From Escherichia coli (GTDB lineage Bacteria > Pseudomonadota > Gammaproteobacteria > Enterobacterales > Enterobacteriaceae): 64,000 bases of DNA. Under the pieces are notes generated by a model. The model was not told the DNA's origin and made no database searches. It saw only the letters and a list, made by a program, of their open reading frames with translations. Of the stretch, positions 1-12,493 are shown in pieces. The stretch is taken from NCBI RefSeq assembly GCF_003018255.1, contig NZ_CP027440.1; one strand, written 5' to 3'. Positions within the stretch are counted from its first letter, which is position 1, and each line of letters starts with the position of its first letter. Made by a program: the position numbers and the translations under genes.

Positions 1-581
1 CCAAGCGTCACAATGCCAATGGCAGCATCACCCACATTAATGGTCGGCAACGCCATAAATAATGCGCCGACTTTTTGTAGATAATGTTCAGGGACATGGG
101 CCATTTGCAGACCGAGAAAATCTTTAATCTGCATGGTACCGATGGTGATCCCGATACCGGAAGTAAAACCTAAGGTAACGGAAACCGGAATATATTCAAT
201 CAAGCGTCCAAAACGTGCCAGCCCCATCAGGATCAAAAAGACACCTGACATGAGTGTCGCGACCAGCAGTCCTGCCAGTCCAAACTGTTGCGAAACGGGA
301 TAGAGAATTACCACAAATGCCGCAGTCGGACCGGAAACGCTAAAGCGTGACCCACCCGTCAGAGCAATGACAATCCCCGCAACAGCTGCGGTATATAAAC
401 CGTACTGGGGTGCCACACCACTACCAATAGCCAACGCCATTGCCAGCGGGATAGCAATAATCCCGACGGTTATCCCGGCAATCAGGTCACGGGTAAACCG
501 TGCGGCAGTATATTTTTCTTTCCAGCAAGCGTCGATCAGAGCGCGGAAAGGCATCACATGTGAGGAAAATATTTTGTTCAC
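1..581 (-). CDS. dauA: C4-dicarboxylate/SulP-family transporter DauA (YchM), N-terminal part; gene continues beyond the window
   Basis: The reverse frame is open from the window edge to a GTG at 579-581. It translates [34 protein letters not shown], the DauA N-terminus as I remember it. It is absent from the ORF track because there is no stop in the window. Synteny next to prs supports it. Confidence 0.88.
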   Translation of the reverse strand, partial: MNKIFSSHVMPFRALIDACWKEKYTAARFTRDLIAGITVGIIAIPLAMALAIGSGVAPQYGLYTAAVAGIVIALTGGSRFSVSGPTAAFVVILYPVSQQFGLAGLLVATLMSGVFLILMGLARFGRLIEYIPVSVTLGFTSGIGITIGTMQIKDFLGLQMAHVPEHYLQKVGALFMALPTINVGDAAIGIVTL

Positions 582-665
582 AATAATGTTTCATCCGTGA
601 GCGCATCATCTGTCAACTAAATGGCAGGTGAAGGAGGCATAGGTCATACAAATGGATATTACAGA

Positions 666-689
666 CAAAAAAACCCGCCGCAGCGGGTC
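666..689 (-). terminator. Rho-independent terminator downstream of prs
   Basis: On the minus strand: GACCCGC-TGCG-GCGGGT hairpin followed by a T7 run, 17 nt after the prs stop. Confidence 0.75.
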
Positions 690-705
690 TTTGAGCCGGG
701 TTCGA

Positions 706-1779
<1,074 letters not shown>

Positions 1780-1803
1780 TCACCGAAACTCAGCTTGCCC
1801 GGC

Positions 1804-2654
1804 TTAAAGCATGGCTCTGTGCAATGGGGAAAGATTAACGCCTTTCGCCACAAAGCCATTGAGCCATTCCGGGGCTTGCTCTAGCACCTGGCGGGCTTCA
1901 GACTCTGTATCAAATTCAGCAAAGACACAGGCCCCTGTCCCAGTCAGGCGCGACGGGGCGTATTCTAACAGCCAGGAAAGCACCGCATCAACCTCGCGAA
2001 AACGTTTTCTTGCGATAACCTCGCAATCATTGCTGAATTCACATTTTAGCAACGTTTCTATTGACCTTTTTGGCGTATTGCGCGGGAGTTCAGGATCTTT
2101 AAAAATCACCGGTGTCGGAATACTTACACCAGGGTGCGCCACCAAGTACCACTTCTCTGGCGGATCCACCGGCGTTAGTATTTCACCAACGCCTTCGGCA
2201 AACGCGGCATGCCCCCGAACAAAGACAGGAACATCTGCGCCCAGCGTCAGCCCCATTTCCGCCAGCTCATCCATGCTTAGCCCGCATTGCCAGAGATGGT
2301 TTAATGCCACCAGCACCGTCGCGGCATTGGATGAACCACCACCCAGACCGCCGCCCATCGGCAAACGCTTGTCAATACTGATTTCTGCACCGCTTCCCGT
2401 AGGAAGACGCCCGCTGTCTGCCGCTGTTTTCATCAGCAACCGTGCTGCGCGAACGATCAGGTTATCTTCATGTTCCACGCCTTCAACGGGTGTTAACAGA
2501 CGAATATCCCCATCGTCACGAAGCTCAATGCTGATGGTGTCGCCGTAATCCAGGAACTGAAACAGCGTTTGCAGCGTGTGGTAACCGTCCGCACGCTGAC
2601 CGGTAATGTATAAAAACAGATTAAGTTTTGCCGGAGAGGGCCACTGTGTCCGCA

Positions 2655-2655
<1 letters not shown>
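1804..2655 (-). CDS. ispE: 4-diphosphocytidyl-2-C-methyl-D-erythritol kinase
   Basis: 283-aa ORF with a GHMP-kinase motif ([14 protein letters not shown]). It lies between prs and lolB as in E. coli. Confidence 0.95.
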
Positions 2656-3347
<692 letters not shown>

Positions 3348-3491
3348 CTATGTTCAAGTTGTCTTAATTGCCAGAATCTAACGGCTTTCGGCAATTACTC
3401 CAAAAGGGGGCGCTCTCTTTTATTGATCTTACGCATCCTGTATGATGCAAGCAGACTAACCCTATCAACGTTGGTATTATTTCCCGCAGAC

Positions 3492-4748
3492 ATGACCCTT
3501 TTAGCACTCGGTATCAACCATAAAACGGCACCTGTATCGCTGCGAGAACGTGTATCGTTTTCGCCGGATAAGCTCGATCAGGCGCTTGACAGCCTGCTTG
3601 CGCAGCCGATGGTGCAGGGCGGCGTGGTGCTGTCGACGTGCAATCGCACGGAACTTTATCTTAGCGTTGAAGAGCAGGATAACCTGCAAGAGGCGTTAAT
3701 CCGCTGGCTTTGCGATTATCACAATCTTAATGAAGAAGACCTGCGTAAAAGCCTCTACTGGCATCAGGATAACGACGCGGTTAGCCATTTAATGCGTGTT
3801 GCCAGCGGCCTGGATTCACTGGTTTTGGGGGAGCCGCAGATCCTCGGTCAGGTTAAAAAAGCGTTTGCCGATTCGCAAAAAGGCCATATGAAGGCCAGCG
3901 AACTGGAACGCATGTTTCAGAAATCTTTCTCTGTAGCGAAACGTGTTCGCACTGAAACAGATATCGGTGCCAGCGCTGTTTCTGTCGCTTTTGCGGCTTG
4001 TACGCTGGCGCGGCAGATCTTTGAATCGCTCTCTACGGTGACGGTACTGCTGGTGGGTGCGGGCGAAACCATCGAGCTGGTGGCGCGTCATCTGCGCGAA
4101 CACAAAGTACAGAAGATGATTATCGCCAACCGCACTCGCGAACGTGCCCAAATTCTGGCAGATGAAGTCGGCGCGGAAGTTATTGCCCTGAGTGATATCG
4201 ACGAACGTCTGCGCGAAGCCGATATCATCATCAGTTCCACCGCCAGCCCGTTACCGATTATCGGGAAAGGCATGGTGGAGCGCGCATTAAAAAGCCGTCG
4301 CAACCAACCAATGCTGTTGGTGGATATTGCCGTTCCGCGCGATGTTGAGCCGGAAGTTGGCAAACTGGCGAATGCTTATCTTTATAGCGTGGACGATCTG
4401 CAAAGCATCATTTCGCACAACCTGGCGCAGCGTAAAGCCGCAGCGGTTGAGGCGGAAACTATTGTCGCTCAGGAAACCAGCGAATTTATGGCGTGGCTGC
4501 GTGCACAAAGCGCCAGCGAAACCATTCGCGAGTATCGCAGCCAGGCAGAGCACGTTCGCGATGAGTTAACTGCCAAAGCGTTAGCGGCCCTTGAGCAGGG
4601 CGGTGACGCTCAAGCCATTATGCAGGATCTGGCATGGAAACTGACTAACCGCCTGATCCATGCGCCAACGAAATCACTTCAACAGGCCGCCCGTGACGGG
4701 GATAACGAACGCCTGAATATTCTGCGCGACGGCCTCGGGCTGGAGTAG
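3492..4748 (+). CDS. hemA: Glutamyl-tRNA reductase
   Basis: Translation from the ATG at 3492 ([21 protein letters not shown]..) matches the 418-aa HemA. The upstream extension of the track ORF (from 3294) looks non-coding. Confidence 0.95.
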
Positions 4749-4789
4749 CAGTACATCATTTTCTTTTTTTACAGGGTGCATTTACGCCT

Positions 4790-5872
4790 ATGAAGCCTTC
4801 TATCGTTGCCAAACTGGAAGCCCTGCATGAACGCCATGAAGAAGTTCAGGCGTTGCTGGGTGACGCGCAAACTATCGCCGACCAGGAACGTTTTCGCGCA
4901 TTATCACGCGAATATGCGCAGTTAAGTGATGTTTCGCGCTGTTTTACCGACTGGCAACAGGTTCAGGAAGATATCGAAACCGCACAGATGATGCTCGACG
5001 ATCCTGAAATGCGTGAGATGGCGCAGGATGAACTGCGCGAAGCTAAAGAAAAAAGCGAGCAACTGGAACAGCAATTACAGGTTCTGTTACTACCAAAAGA
5101 TCCTGATGACGAACGTAACGCCTTCCTCGAAGTCCGTGCCGGAACCGGCGGCGACGAAGCGGCGCTCTTCGCTGGCGATCTGTTCCGTATGTACAGCCGT
5201 TACGCCGAAGCCCGCCGCTGGCGTGTAGAAATCATGAGCGCCAGCGAGGGTGAACATGGTGGTTATAAAGAGATCATCGCCAAAATTAGCGGTGATGGTG
5301 TATATGGTCGTTTGAAATTCGAATCTGGCGGTCATCGCGTGCAGCGTGTGCCTGCTACGGAATCGCAGGGTCGAATTCATACTTCCGCTTGTACCGTTGC
5401 GGTAATGCCAGAACTGCCTGACGCAGAACTGCCGGACATCAACCCAGCAGATTTGCGCATTGATACTTTCCGCTCGTCAGGGGCGGGTGGTCAGCACGTT
5501 AACACCACCGATTCGGCAATTCGTATTACTCACTTGCCGACCGGGATTGTTGTTGAATGTCAGGACGAACGTTCACAACATAAAAACAAAGCTAAAGCAC
5601 TTTCTGTACTCGGTGCTCGCATCCACGCTGCAGAAATGGCAAAACGGCAACAGGCCGAAGCGTCTACCCGTCGTAACCTGCTGGGGAGTGGCGATCGCAG
5701 CGACCGTAACCGTACTTACAACTTCCCACAGGGGCGCGTTACCGATCACCGCATCAACCTGACGCTCTACCGCCTGGATGAAGTGATGGAAGGTAAGCTG
5801 GATATGCTGATTGAACCGATTATCCAGGAACATCAGGCCGACCAACTGGCGGCGTTGTCCGAGCAGGAATAA
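4790..5872 (+). CDS. prfA: Peptide chain release factor 1
   Basis: 360-aa ORF with the GGQ motif ([11 protein letters not shown]) and PAT-type sequence context. It sits in the hemA-prfA-prmC operon order. Confidence 0.97.
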
Positions 5873-6705
5873 TGGAATATCAACACTGGTTACGTGAAGC
5901 AATAAGCCAACTTCAGGCGAGCGAAAGCCCGCGGCGTGATGCTGAAATCCTGCTGGAGCATGTTACCGGCAGAGGGCGTACTTTTATTCTCGCCTTTGGT
6001 GAAACGCAGCTGACTGACGAACAATGTCAGCAACTTGATGCGCTACTGACGCGTCGTCGCGATGGTGAACCCATTGCTCATTTAACCGGGGTGCGAGAAT
6101 TCTGGTCGTTGCCGTTATTTGTTTCGCCAGCGACCTTAATTCCGCGCCCGGATACGGAGTGTCTGGTGGAGCAGGCACTGGCGCGGTTGCCTGAACAACC
6201 TTGCCGTATTCTCGATCTCGGGACGGGTACCGGGGCGATTGCGCTGGCGCTGGCCAGCGAGCGTCCGGACTGCGAAATTACCGCTGTAGATCGTATGCCA
6301 GATGCTGTCGCCCTGGCGCAACGTAATGCCCAGAATCTGGCGATCAAAAACATCCATATTCTGCAAAGCGACTGGTTTAGCGCGCTAGCCGGGCAGCAGT
6401 TTGCGATGATTGTCAGTAATCCGCCGTATATTGACGAGCAGGACCCACATCTTCAACAAGGCGATGTCCGCTTTGAGCCGCTCACTGCGCTGGTTGCGGC
6501 AGACAGTGGAATGGCAGACATCGTGCATATCATCGAACAGTCGCGTAACGCGCTGGTATCCGGCGGCTTTCTGCTTCTGGAACATGGTTGGCAGCAGGGC
6601 GAAGCGGTGCGACAGGCATTTATCCACGCGGGATATCATGACGTCGAAACCTGTCGGGACTATGGTGATAACGAGCGCGTAACGCTCGGCCGCTATTATC
6701 AATGA
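5872..6705 (+). CDS. prmC: Release-factor glutamine N5-methyltransferase PrmC (HemK)
   Basis: 277 aa with the NPPY motif (VSNPPYI) and SAM motif (ILDLGTGTGAIAL). Its start overlaps the prfA stop by 1 nt. Confidence 0.95.
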   Translation: MEYQHWLREAISQLQASESPRRDAEILLEHVTGRGRTFILAFGETQLTDEQCQQLDALLTRRRDGEPIAHLTGVREFWSLPLFVSPATLIPRPDTECLVEQALARLPEQPCRILDLGTGTGAIALALASERPDCEITAVDRMPDAVALAQRNAQNLAIKNIHILQSDWFSALAGQQFAMIVSNPPYIDEQDPHLQQGDVRFEPLTALVAADSGMADIVHIIEQSRNALVSGGFLLLEHGWQQGEAVRQAFIHAGYHDVETCRDYGDNERVTLGRYYQ

Positions 6706-7094
6706 CAAGTTTTTCTACACTGCTTAGTGTTCATCTTATTAGTATCGCGCTTTCAGTTGGGCTATTAACCTTACGTTTCTGGCTACGTTATCAGAAGCAT
6801 CCACAGGCATTTGCGCGCTGGACGCGCATTGTGCCGCCGGTTGTCGATACGCTGTTATTGTTAAGCGGCATTGCGTTGATGGCTAAAGCGCACATCCTGC
6901 CATTTTCCGGGCAGGCACAGTGGCTGACTGAAAAGCTGTTTGGAGTTATCATTTATATCGTTTTGGGTTTTATTGCACTCGATTATCGTCGTATGCACAG
7001 TCAGCAGGCGCGCATTATTGCCTTCCCGCTGGCGTTGGTGGTGCTGTACATCATCATTAAACTCGCCACCACAAAAGTACCGTTACTGGGGTAA
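6702..7094 (+). CDS. sirB2: SirB2/YchQ inner-membrane protein
   Basis: 130-aa hydrophobic ORF with a 4-nt overlap with prmC, in the position of ychQ. Confidence 0.85.
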   Translation: MTSFSTLLSVHLISIALSVGLLTLRFWLRYQKHPQAFARWTRIVPPVVDTLLLLSGIALMAKAHILPFSGQAQWLTEKLFGVIIYIVLGFIALDYRRMHSQQARIIAFPLALVVLYIIIKLATTKVPLLG

Positions 7095-7097
7095 GTC

Positions 7098-7907
7098 ATG
7101 AGATCGTTAGCTGATTTCGAATTTAATAAAGCGCCATTGTGCGAAGGCATGATCCTGGCTTGCGAAGCAATCCGCCGCGATTTTCCCTCGCAAGATGTTT
7201 ACGACGAACTGGAGCGTCTCGTTAGTCTGGCGAAGGAAGAAATCAGCCAGCTTCTGCCTTTAGAAGAGCAGCTGGAAAAACTGATCGCGCTGTTTTACGG
7301 CGACTGGGGATTTAAAGCCTCACGCGGCGTTTATCGTCTTTCCGATGCATTATGGCTGGACCAGGTGTTAAAGAATCGACAGGGCAGTGCGGTATCATTA
7401 GGTGCCGTTTTATTATGGGTCGCGAATCGTCTTGATTTGCCGCTGCTGCCGGTGATTTTCCCTACGCAGCTGATATTGCGCATTGAATGTCCGGATGGCG
7501 AAATTTGGCTGATTAATCCTTTTAACGGTGAATCGTTAAGCGAACATATGCTGGACGTATGGTTAAAGGGAAATATCAGCCCGTCGGCGGAACTGTTTTA
7601 TGAAGACCTTGATGAAGCTGATAACATTGAGGTAATCCGCAAATTGCTGGATACACTCAAAGCTTCGTTGATGGAAGAGAATCAGATGGAGCTGGCGTTA
7701 CGCACCAGCGAAGCTTTATTACAATTCAACCCGGAAGATCCCTATGAAATTCGCGATCGCGGGTTGATTTATGCGCAACTGGATTGCGAACACGTTGCGT
7801 TGAACGATTTAAGTTATTTCGTTGAACAGTGTCCGGAAGACCCGATCAGCGAAATGATCCGTGCGCAAATAAATAACATCGCGCATAAACATATTGTGCT
7901 GCATTAA
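7098..7907 (+). CDS. sirB1: SirB1/YchA (transglutaminase-like/TPR protein)
   Basis: 269-aa ORF directly after sirB2 and before kdsA, as in E. coli. Confidence 0.85.
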   Translation: MRSLADFEFNKAPLCEGMILACEAIRRDFPSQDVYDELERLVSLAKEEISQLLPLEEQLEKLIALFYGDWGFKASRGVYRLSDALWLDQVLKNRQGSAVSLGAVLLWVANRLDLPLLPVIFPTQLILRIECPDGEIWLINPFNGESLSEHMLDVWLKGNISPSAELFYEDLDEADNIEVIRKLLDTLKASLMEENQMELALRTSEALLQFNPEDPYEIRDRGLIYAQLDCEHVALNDLSYFVEQCPEDPISEMIRAQINNIAHKHIVLH

Positions 7908-7933
7908 TTAATCGACATTTTACTCAAGATTAA

Positions 7934-8797
<864 letters not shown>

Positions 8798-8817
8798 TCT
8801 TTTTTGCCTGAAAACTA

Positions 8818-8848
8818 AAGCCTTAGCGTTCTGCGTTAAGGCTTTTTT
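8818..8848 (+). terminator. kdsA Rho-independent terminator
   Basis: AGCCTTA / TAAGGCT stem followed by a T6 run. Confidence 0.7.
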
Positions 8849-8863
8849 CATGGGGGCCGGATA

Positions 8864-8896
8864 CAAAAAGGGCCGCAGGCTGTTACCCCTGCGGCC
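8864..8896 (-). terminator. Terminator downstream of ldr
   Basis: On the minus strand: GGCCGCAGG-N8-CCTGCGGCC followed by CTTTTT. Confidence 0.6.
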
Positions 8897-8945
8897 GGTT
8901 TCGGGCGCATATTGCCATCACGGCAGCCTGACGCCCGTTTTCGCC

Positions 8946-9053
8946 TTACTTCCGGTTACGCCACCAGCCGACAATCGCTGCGGTAATAATTCCCGCCAGG
9001 ATCGGTGCTGCCAGGTCGTGCCAGAAAATCACGGTAAACTGCGCGAGCGTCAT
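8946..9053 (-). CDS. ldr: Ldr-family type I toxin (35 aa)
   Basis: Hand translation of the minus strand gives MTLAQFTVIFWHDLAAPILAGIITAAIVGWWRNRK. This is near-identical to the LdrA/B/C peptides I remember (MTLAQFAMIFWHDLAAPILAGIITAAIVSWWRNRK). It is too short for the ORF track. Confidence 0.85.
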   Translation of the reverse strand: MTLAQFTVIFWHDLAAPILAGIITAAIVGWWRNRK

Positions 9054-9099
9054 ATAGCCGCCTTGTTGTAATGACAACATTTTGCGGCTATTCTTGAAT

Positions 9100-9170
9100 T
9101 GTTCTGGTTCAAGATTAGCCCCCGTTCTGTTGTCAGGTTATACCTCTCAACGTGCGGGGGTTTTCTCTTT
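9100..9170 (+). ncRNA. rdl: Rdl-like antisense RNA (antitoxin of ldr); ends approximate
   Basis: It lies on the plus strand, antisense to the ldr 5' leader. The sequence ..CAAGATTAGCCCCCGTTCTGTTGTCAGGTTATACCTCTCAACGTGCGGGGGTTTTCTCTTT has a CCCCCG/CGGGGG stem plus a U-run, and resembles K-12 rdl as remembered. Confidence 0.45.
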
Positions 9171-9457
9171 CCAGCAACCAATGCCACCAGGGATAAAGCC
9201 CCCGCAACATTGCGCCTCACCGGATAACGCCGGCTTGGTGTGGATACTACGACTCAATTCATCTTCACTTCATCCCTGAAATGTTTGCAATGAAGAGTGC
9301 ATTCCGGTTTTTCAACAGCTGTTACAGTCGTTTCGTGCAGGTTGTGGTTCAGGCTCGCAATTCTGATTAACAACCTGTCCAGGTAGTATGAAGAAATACA
9401 ATAAGCAGGAATTTATATTATCTCCCCCGATTTCCGTCATCGGAGGAGATATAACTG

Positions 9458-10558
9458 TCAGGCAAATATCGTCATCAAATAGGCGGCAAACAGTGCCAGA
9501 TGCGCTGCGCCATTGAGCACGTTAGTACGTCCGGTGGAGAAGGAGATATGACACAGCACTAAAGAGGCCACCATCACCACCATTTCTGGCGCACCAAGTG
9601 CAAACTGCAATTCGTTACCCGTCATAAAGGCAATTAGCGTGACGACAGGTACGGTAAGCGAAATGGTTGCTAACACTGAACCAAAGAACAGATTCATCGC
9701 GCGCTGGACCTGGTTGTTCAACACTGCTTTTAACGCACCTAAACCTTCCGGCGACAGAATCAACAGAGCCACCAGGAAGCCAGTAAAGGCGACAGGGGCA
9801 TTCATGCTGTCGAGCAATGTCTCCAGCGGGCTGGCGTTCATTTTGGTCACCGCAATAACGGCAATCAGATGGACAATCAACCAGATAGCATGCCACAGGC
9901 TGCTATGGGCAGACGGTTTACCGTGATGCGGGTCGTCGTCATCACTGTCATCTTCGTGCTCGTAGACAAACAAACTTTGATGCGTTTTGGTCTGGATCAG
10001 CAAAAATACGCCATACATTGCCGCAGAAATTAATGCTACCAGTAACGCCTGACCGGTTGAAAAATTCGCCGCAGGCAGAGCCATTGGAAATACCAGTACG
10101 ATTATCGCCAGGGGGAACAGCGCAATTAAATACTGCTTGATACCAAACAGATTCATATATTGGGTGGCAAACTTGCGTCCGCCCAACAATAATGAAAAGC
10201 CAACCAGCCCACCGGTAACAATCATAATGATTGAATAGAGCGTATCACGCATTAGCGTTGGCGCGGCGTCGCCGGTTGCCATTAAAGCTGAAATCAAACT
10301 GACTTCAAGAATAACCACTGAAAGGCTAAGAATAAGCGAACCGTAAGGCTCTCCCAGGCGATGGGCTAATACGTCCGCATGACGGACAACACTAAAGGCG
10401 CTACTTAAAATACCAATAAGAGCAAGAAGATTGATGGCAATGACCACTGGTAGTGTCTGGCTGCTTCCCCACAGGAACAGCACTACCAGCGCCAGAACCG
10501 GGAAAATAAGCGAAGTCTCCTTGTGGCGGGTTTTTACCGCCTCTTGAGCATTTGACAT
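9458..10558 (-). CDS. chaA: Ca2+/H+ (Na+/H+) antiporter ChaA
   Basis: Starting at the ATG at 10558 (MSNAQEAVKTRHKETSLIF..) gives the 366-aa ChaA. The 29 extra codons in the track ORF are probably not translated. Confidence 0.93.
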   Translation of the reverse strand: MSNAQEAVKTRHKETSLIFPVLALVVLFLWGSSQTLPVVIAINLLALIGILSSAFSVVRHADVLAHRLGEPYGSLILSLSVVILEVSLISALMATGDAAPTLMRDTLYSIIMIVTGGLVGFSLLLGGRKFATQYMNLFGIKQYLIALFPLAIIVLVFPMALPAANFSTGQALLVALISAAMYGVFLLIQTKTHQSLFVYEHEDDSDDDDPHHGKPSAHSSLWHAIWLIVHLIAVIAVTKMNASPLETLLDSMNAPVAFTGFLVALLILSPEGLGALKAVLNNQVQRAMNLFFGSVLATISLTVPVVTLIAFMTGNELQFALGAPEMVVMVASLVLCHISFSTGRTNVLNGAAHLALFAAYLMTIFA

Positions 10559-10827
10559 TATGGTTATCCCTTTGCAGATGAATTTATCGAAAATGTAAAA
10601 AATAGGTAGGAAAAATAACAGAAAGTGTCTGGATATCGGTAACATTTTACGAATTTTTACCCCGCTGTCGATTTTTTACTCATTTGGGCATAAAAATAAG
10701 TAATACGTTTAGACAATGTTTGTTTTAGCACTTCTTAAGAAGAGTCTGACATGAAAATTCTTATGTTTTGGCAAGAGTAGATATTGTTGACCACACTTAA
10801 TGTTCAACTTTGTAAAAGGAGTCAACG

Positions 10828-11058
10828 ATGCCGTATAAAACGAAAAGCGATCTGCCGGAAAGCGTAAAGCACGTGCTTCCGTCTCATGCCCAGGATATCT
10901 ATAAAGAAGCGTTCAACAGCGCATGGGATCAATATAAAGATAAAGAAGATCGGCGTGATGACGCCAGTCGCGAAGAAACAGCGCATAAAGTGGCCTGGGC
11001 TGCTGTGAAGCATGAATATGCCAAAGGGGATGATGATAAATGGCATAAAAAATCGTAA
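10828..11058 (+). CDS. chaB: Cation transport regulator ChaB
   Basis: 76-aa ORF starting MPYKTKSDLPESVKHVLPSHAQDIYKEAFNSAW.. with an AGGAG Shine-Dalgarno. Confidence 0.93.
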   Translation: MPYKTKSDLPESVKHVLPSHAQDIYKEAFNSAWDQYKDKEDRRDDASREETAHKVAWAAVKHEYAKGDDDKWHKKS

Positions 11059-11215
11059 AACCGGTAGCTTAGTTAAAGCTATTCGTGCGGTGTTGCCTTG
11101 CAAGTGGTCCGTGGATTGCATATTGTCCCGTTAGTGGTTTCAAAATGAGCAGTAAAAATGTCCGGAAGACACCAAAAAGTTGTCGCAGGGAAGTATGCAG
11201 TGGCGGAGGTGTAAG

Positions 11216-11911
11216 GTGATAACGCGTGATTTCTTGATGAATGCCGATTGTAAAACGGCATTTGGTGCCATTGAAGAATCACTCTTATGGTCAGCAGAAC
11301 AACGGGCGGCTTCGCTGGCGGCGACGCTGGCTTGTCGACCTGATGAGGGACCGGTGTGGATCTTCGGTTATGGATCGTTGATGTGGAATCCGGCACTGGA
11401 GTTTACCGAGTCGTGCACCGGTACACTGGTTGGATGGCATCGTGCGTTTTGCCTGCGCCTGACCGCCGGGCGCGGGACTGCGCACCAGCCGGGACGGATG
11501 CTTGCACTGAAAGAGGGCGGACGCACCACAGGCGTCGCCTATCGACTGCCAGAAGAGACGCTGGAGCAGGAACTAACCCTGTTGTGGAAGCGCGAGATGA
11601 TTACCGGCTGTTATCTGCCAACCTGGTGTCAGCTTGATCTTGATGATGGACGCACAGTAAACGCCATTGTGTTTATTATGGACCCGCGACATCCAGAATA
11701 TGAATCTGACACTCGCGCTCAGGTCATCGCGCCGTTGATTGCGGCGGCGAGCGGTCCACTGGGAACCAACGCACAATACCTGTTTTCACTGGAACAGGAG
11801 CTTATCAAACTGGGAATGCAGGACGATGGGCTGAATGATTTGCTGGTATCGGTAAAAAAACTGCTGGCGGAGAATTATCCGGATGGTGTGTTACGGCCGG
11901 GACTCGCCTGA
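11216..11911 (+). CDS. chaC: Glutathione-specific gamma-glutamylcyclotransferase ChaC
   Basis: A GTG at 11216 preceded by GGAGG gives the 231-aa ChaC (ITRDFLMNADCKTAFGAIEESL..; YGSLMWNP motif). Confidence 0.9.
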   Translation: MITRDFLMNADCKTAFGAIEESLLWSAEQRAASLAATLACRPDEGPVWIFGYGSLMWNPALEFTESCTGTLVGWHRAFCLRLTAGRGTAHQPGRMLALKEGGRTTGVAYRLPEETLEQELTLLWKREMITGCYLPTWCQLDLDDGRTVNAIVFIMDPRHPEYESDTRAQVIAPLIAAASGPLGTNAQYLFSLEQELIKLGMQDDGLNDLLVSVKKLLAENYPDGVLRPGLA

Positions 11912-11954
11912 GTAAACTTCCCTCATAGTGGGGCGTCAGACGCCCCCTCAAACA

Positions 11955-12308
11955 TTAAAATGTGAGCACTTTATCGGCTGACAGCGTCCATTGCGCCAGT
12001 TCCACAAGCGTACCGATTTCCACCCCATCAATCAGAGGAAGTGTACTAATCCCGCGCCCGTCGGTACAGGTTTTGCACAATTTCACCGGTACATTCTGAG
12101 CGGTAAGGATCTCCAGCATTTGCTGAATGTTGTAGCCTTCCCCTGGTTTTTGCCCGCGCAACCCGGCTGTGACCGCATCAGACATCAGGAACAGACGCAG
12201 ATCCAGATTGCTCTCCTGCTCTCGTAACGCAATGGCCAGCCGCAAGCTGTTAAATAAGGATTCGCTCCCGTAAGGTGCGCCATTGGCAACGATCACGATT
12301 TTTTGCAT
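11955..12308 (-). CDS. ychN: DsrE/TusD-like protein YchN
   Basis: 117-aa ORF starting MQKIVIVANGAPYGSESLFNSLRLA.. Synteny supports it. Confidence 0.9.
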   Translation of the reverse strand: MQKIVIVANGAPYGSESLFNSLRLAIALREQESNLDLRLFLMSDAVTAGLRGQKPGEGYNIQQMLEILTAQNVPVKLCKTCTDGRGISTLPLIDGVEIGTLVELAQWTLSADKVLTF

Positions 12309-12325
12309 TATTTACTCCTGTATTC

Positions 12326-12429
<104 letters not shown>

Positions 12430-12493
12430 TTGCCAGTAATCGTTATTCTTTAGGGCTATGGTTTTTCATTTTTTACCGGAAGTTACCGACGTT

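Noticed and set aside
8850-9279. Plus-strand ORFs of 73 aa and 65 aa between kdsA and chaA.
   Set aside because: They are antisense to, or overlap, the ldr toxin gene and the rdl RNA, which explain the conservation of this segment.
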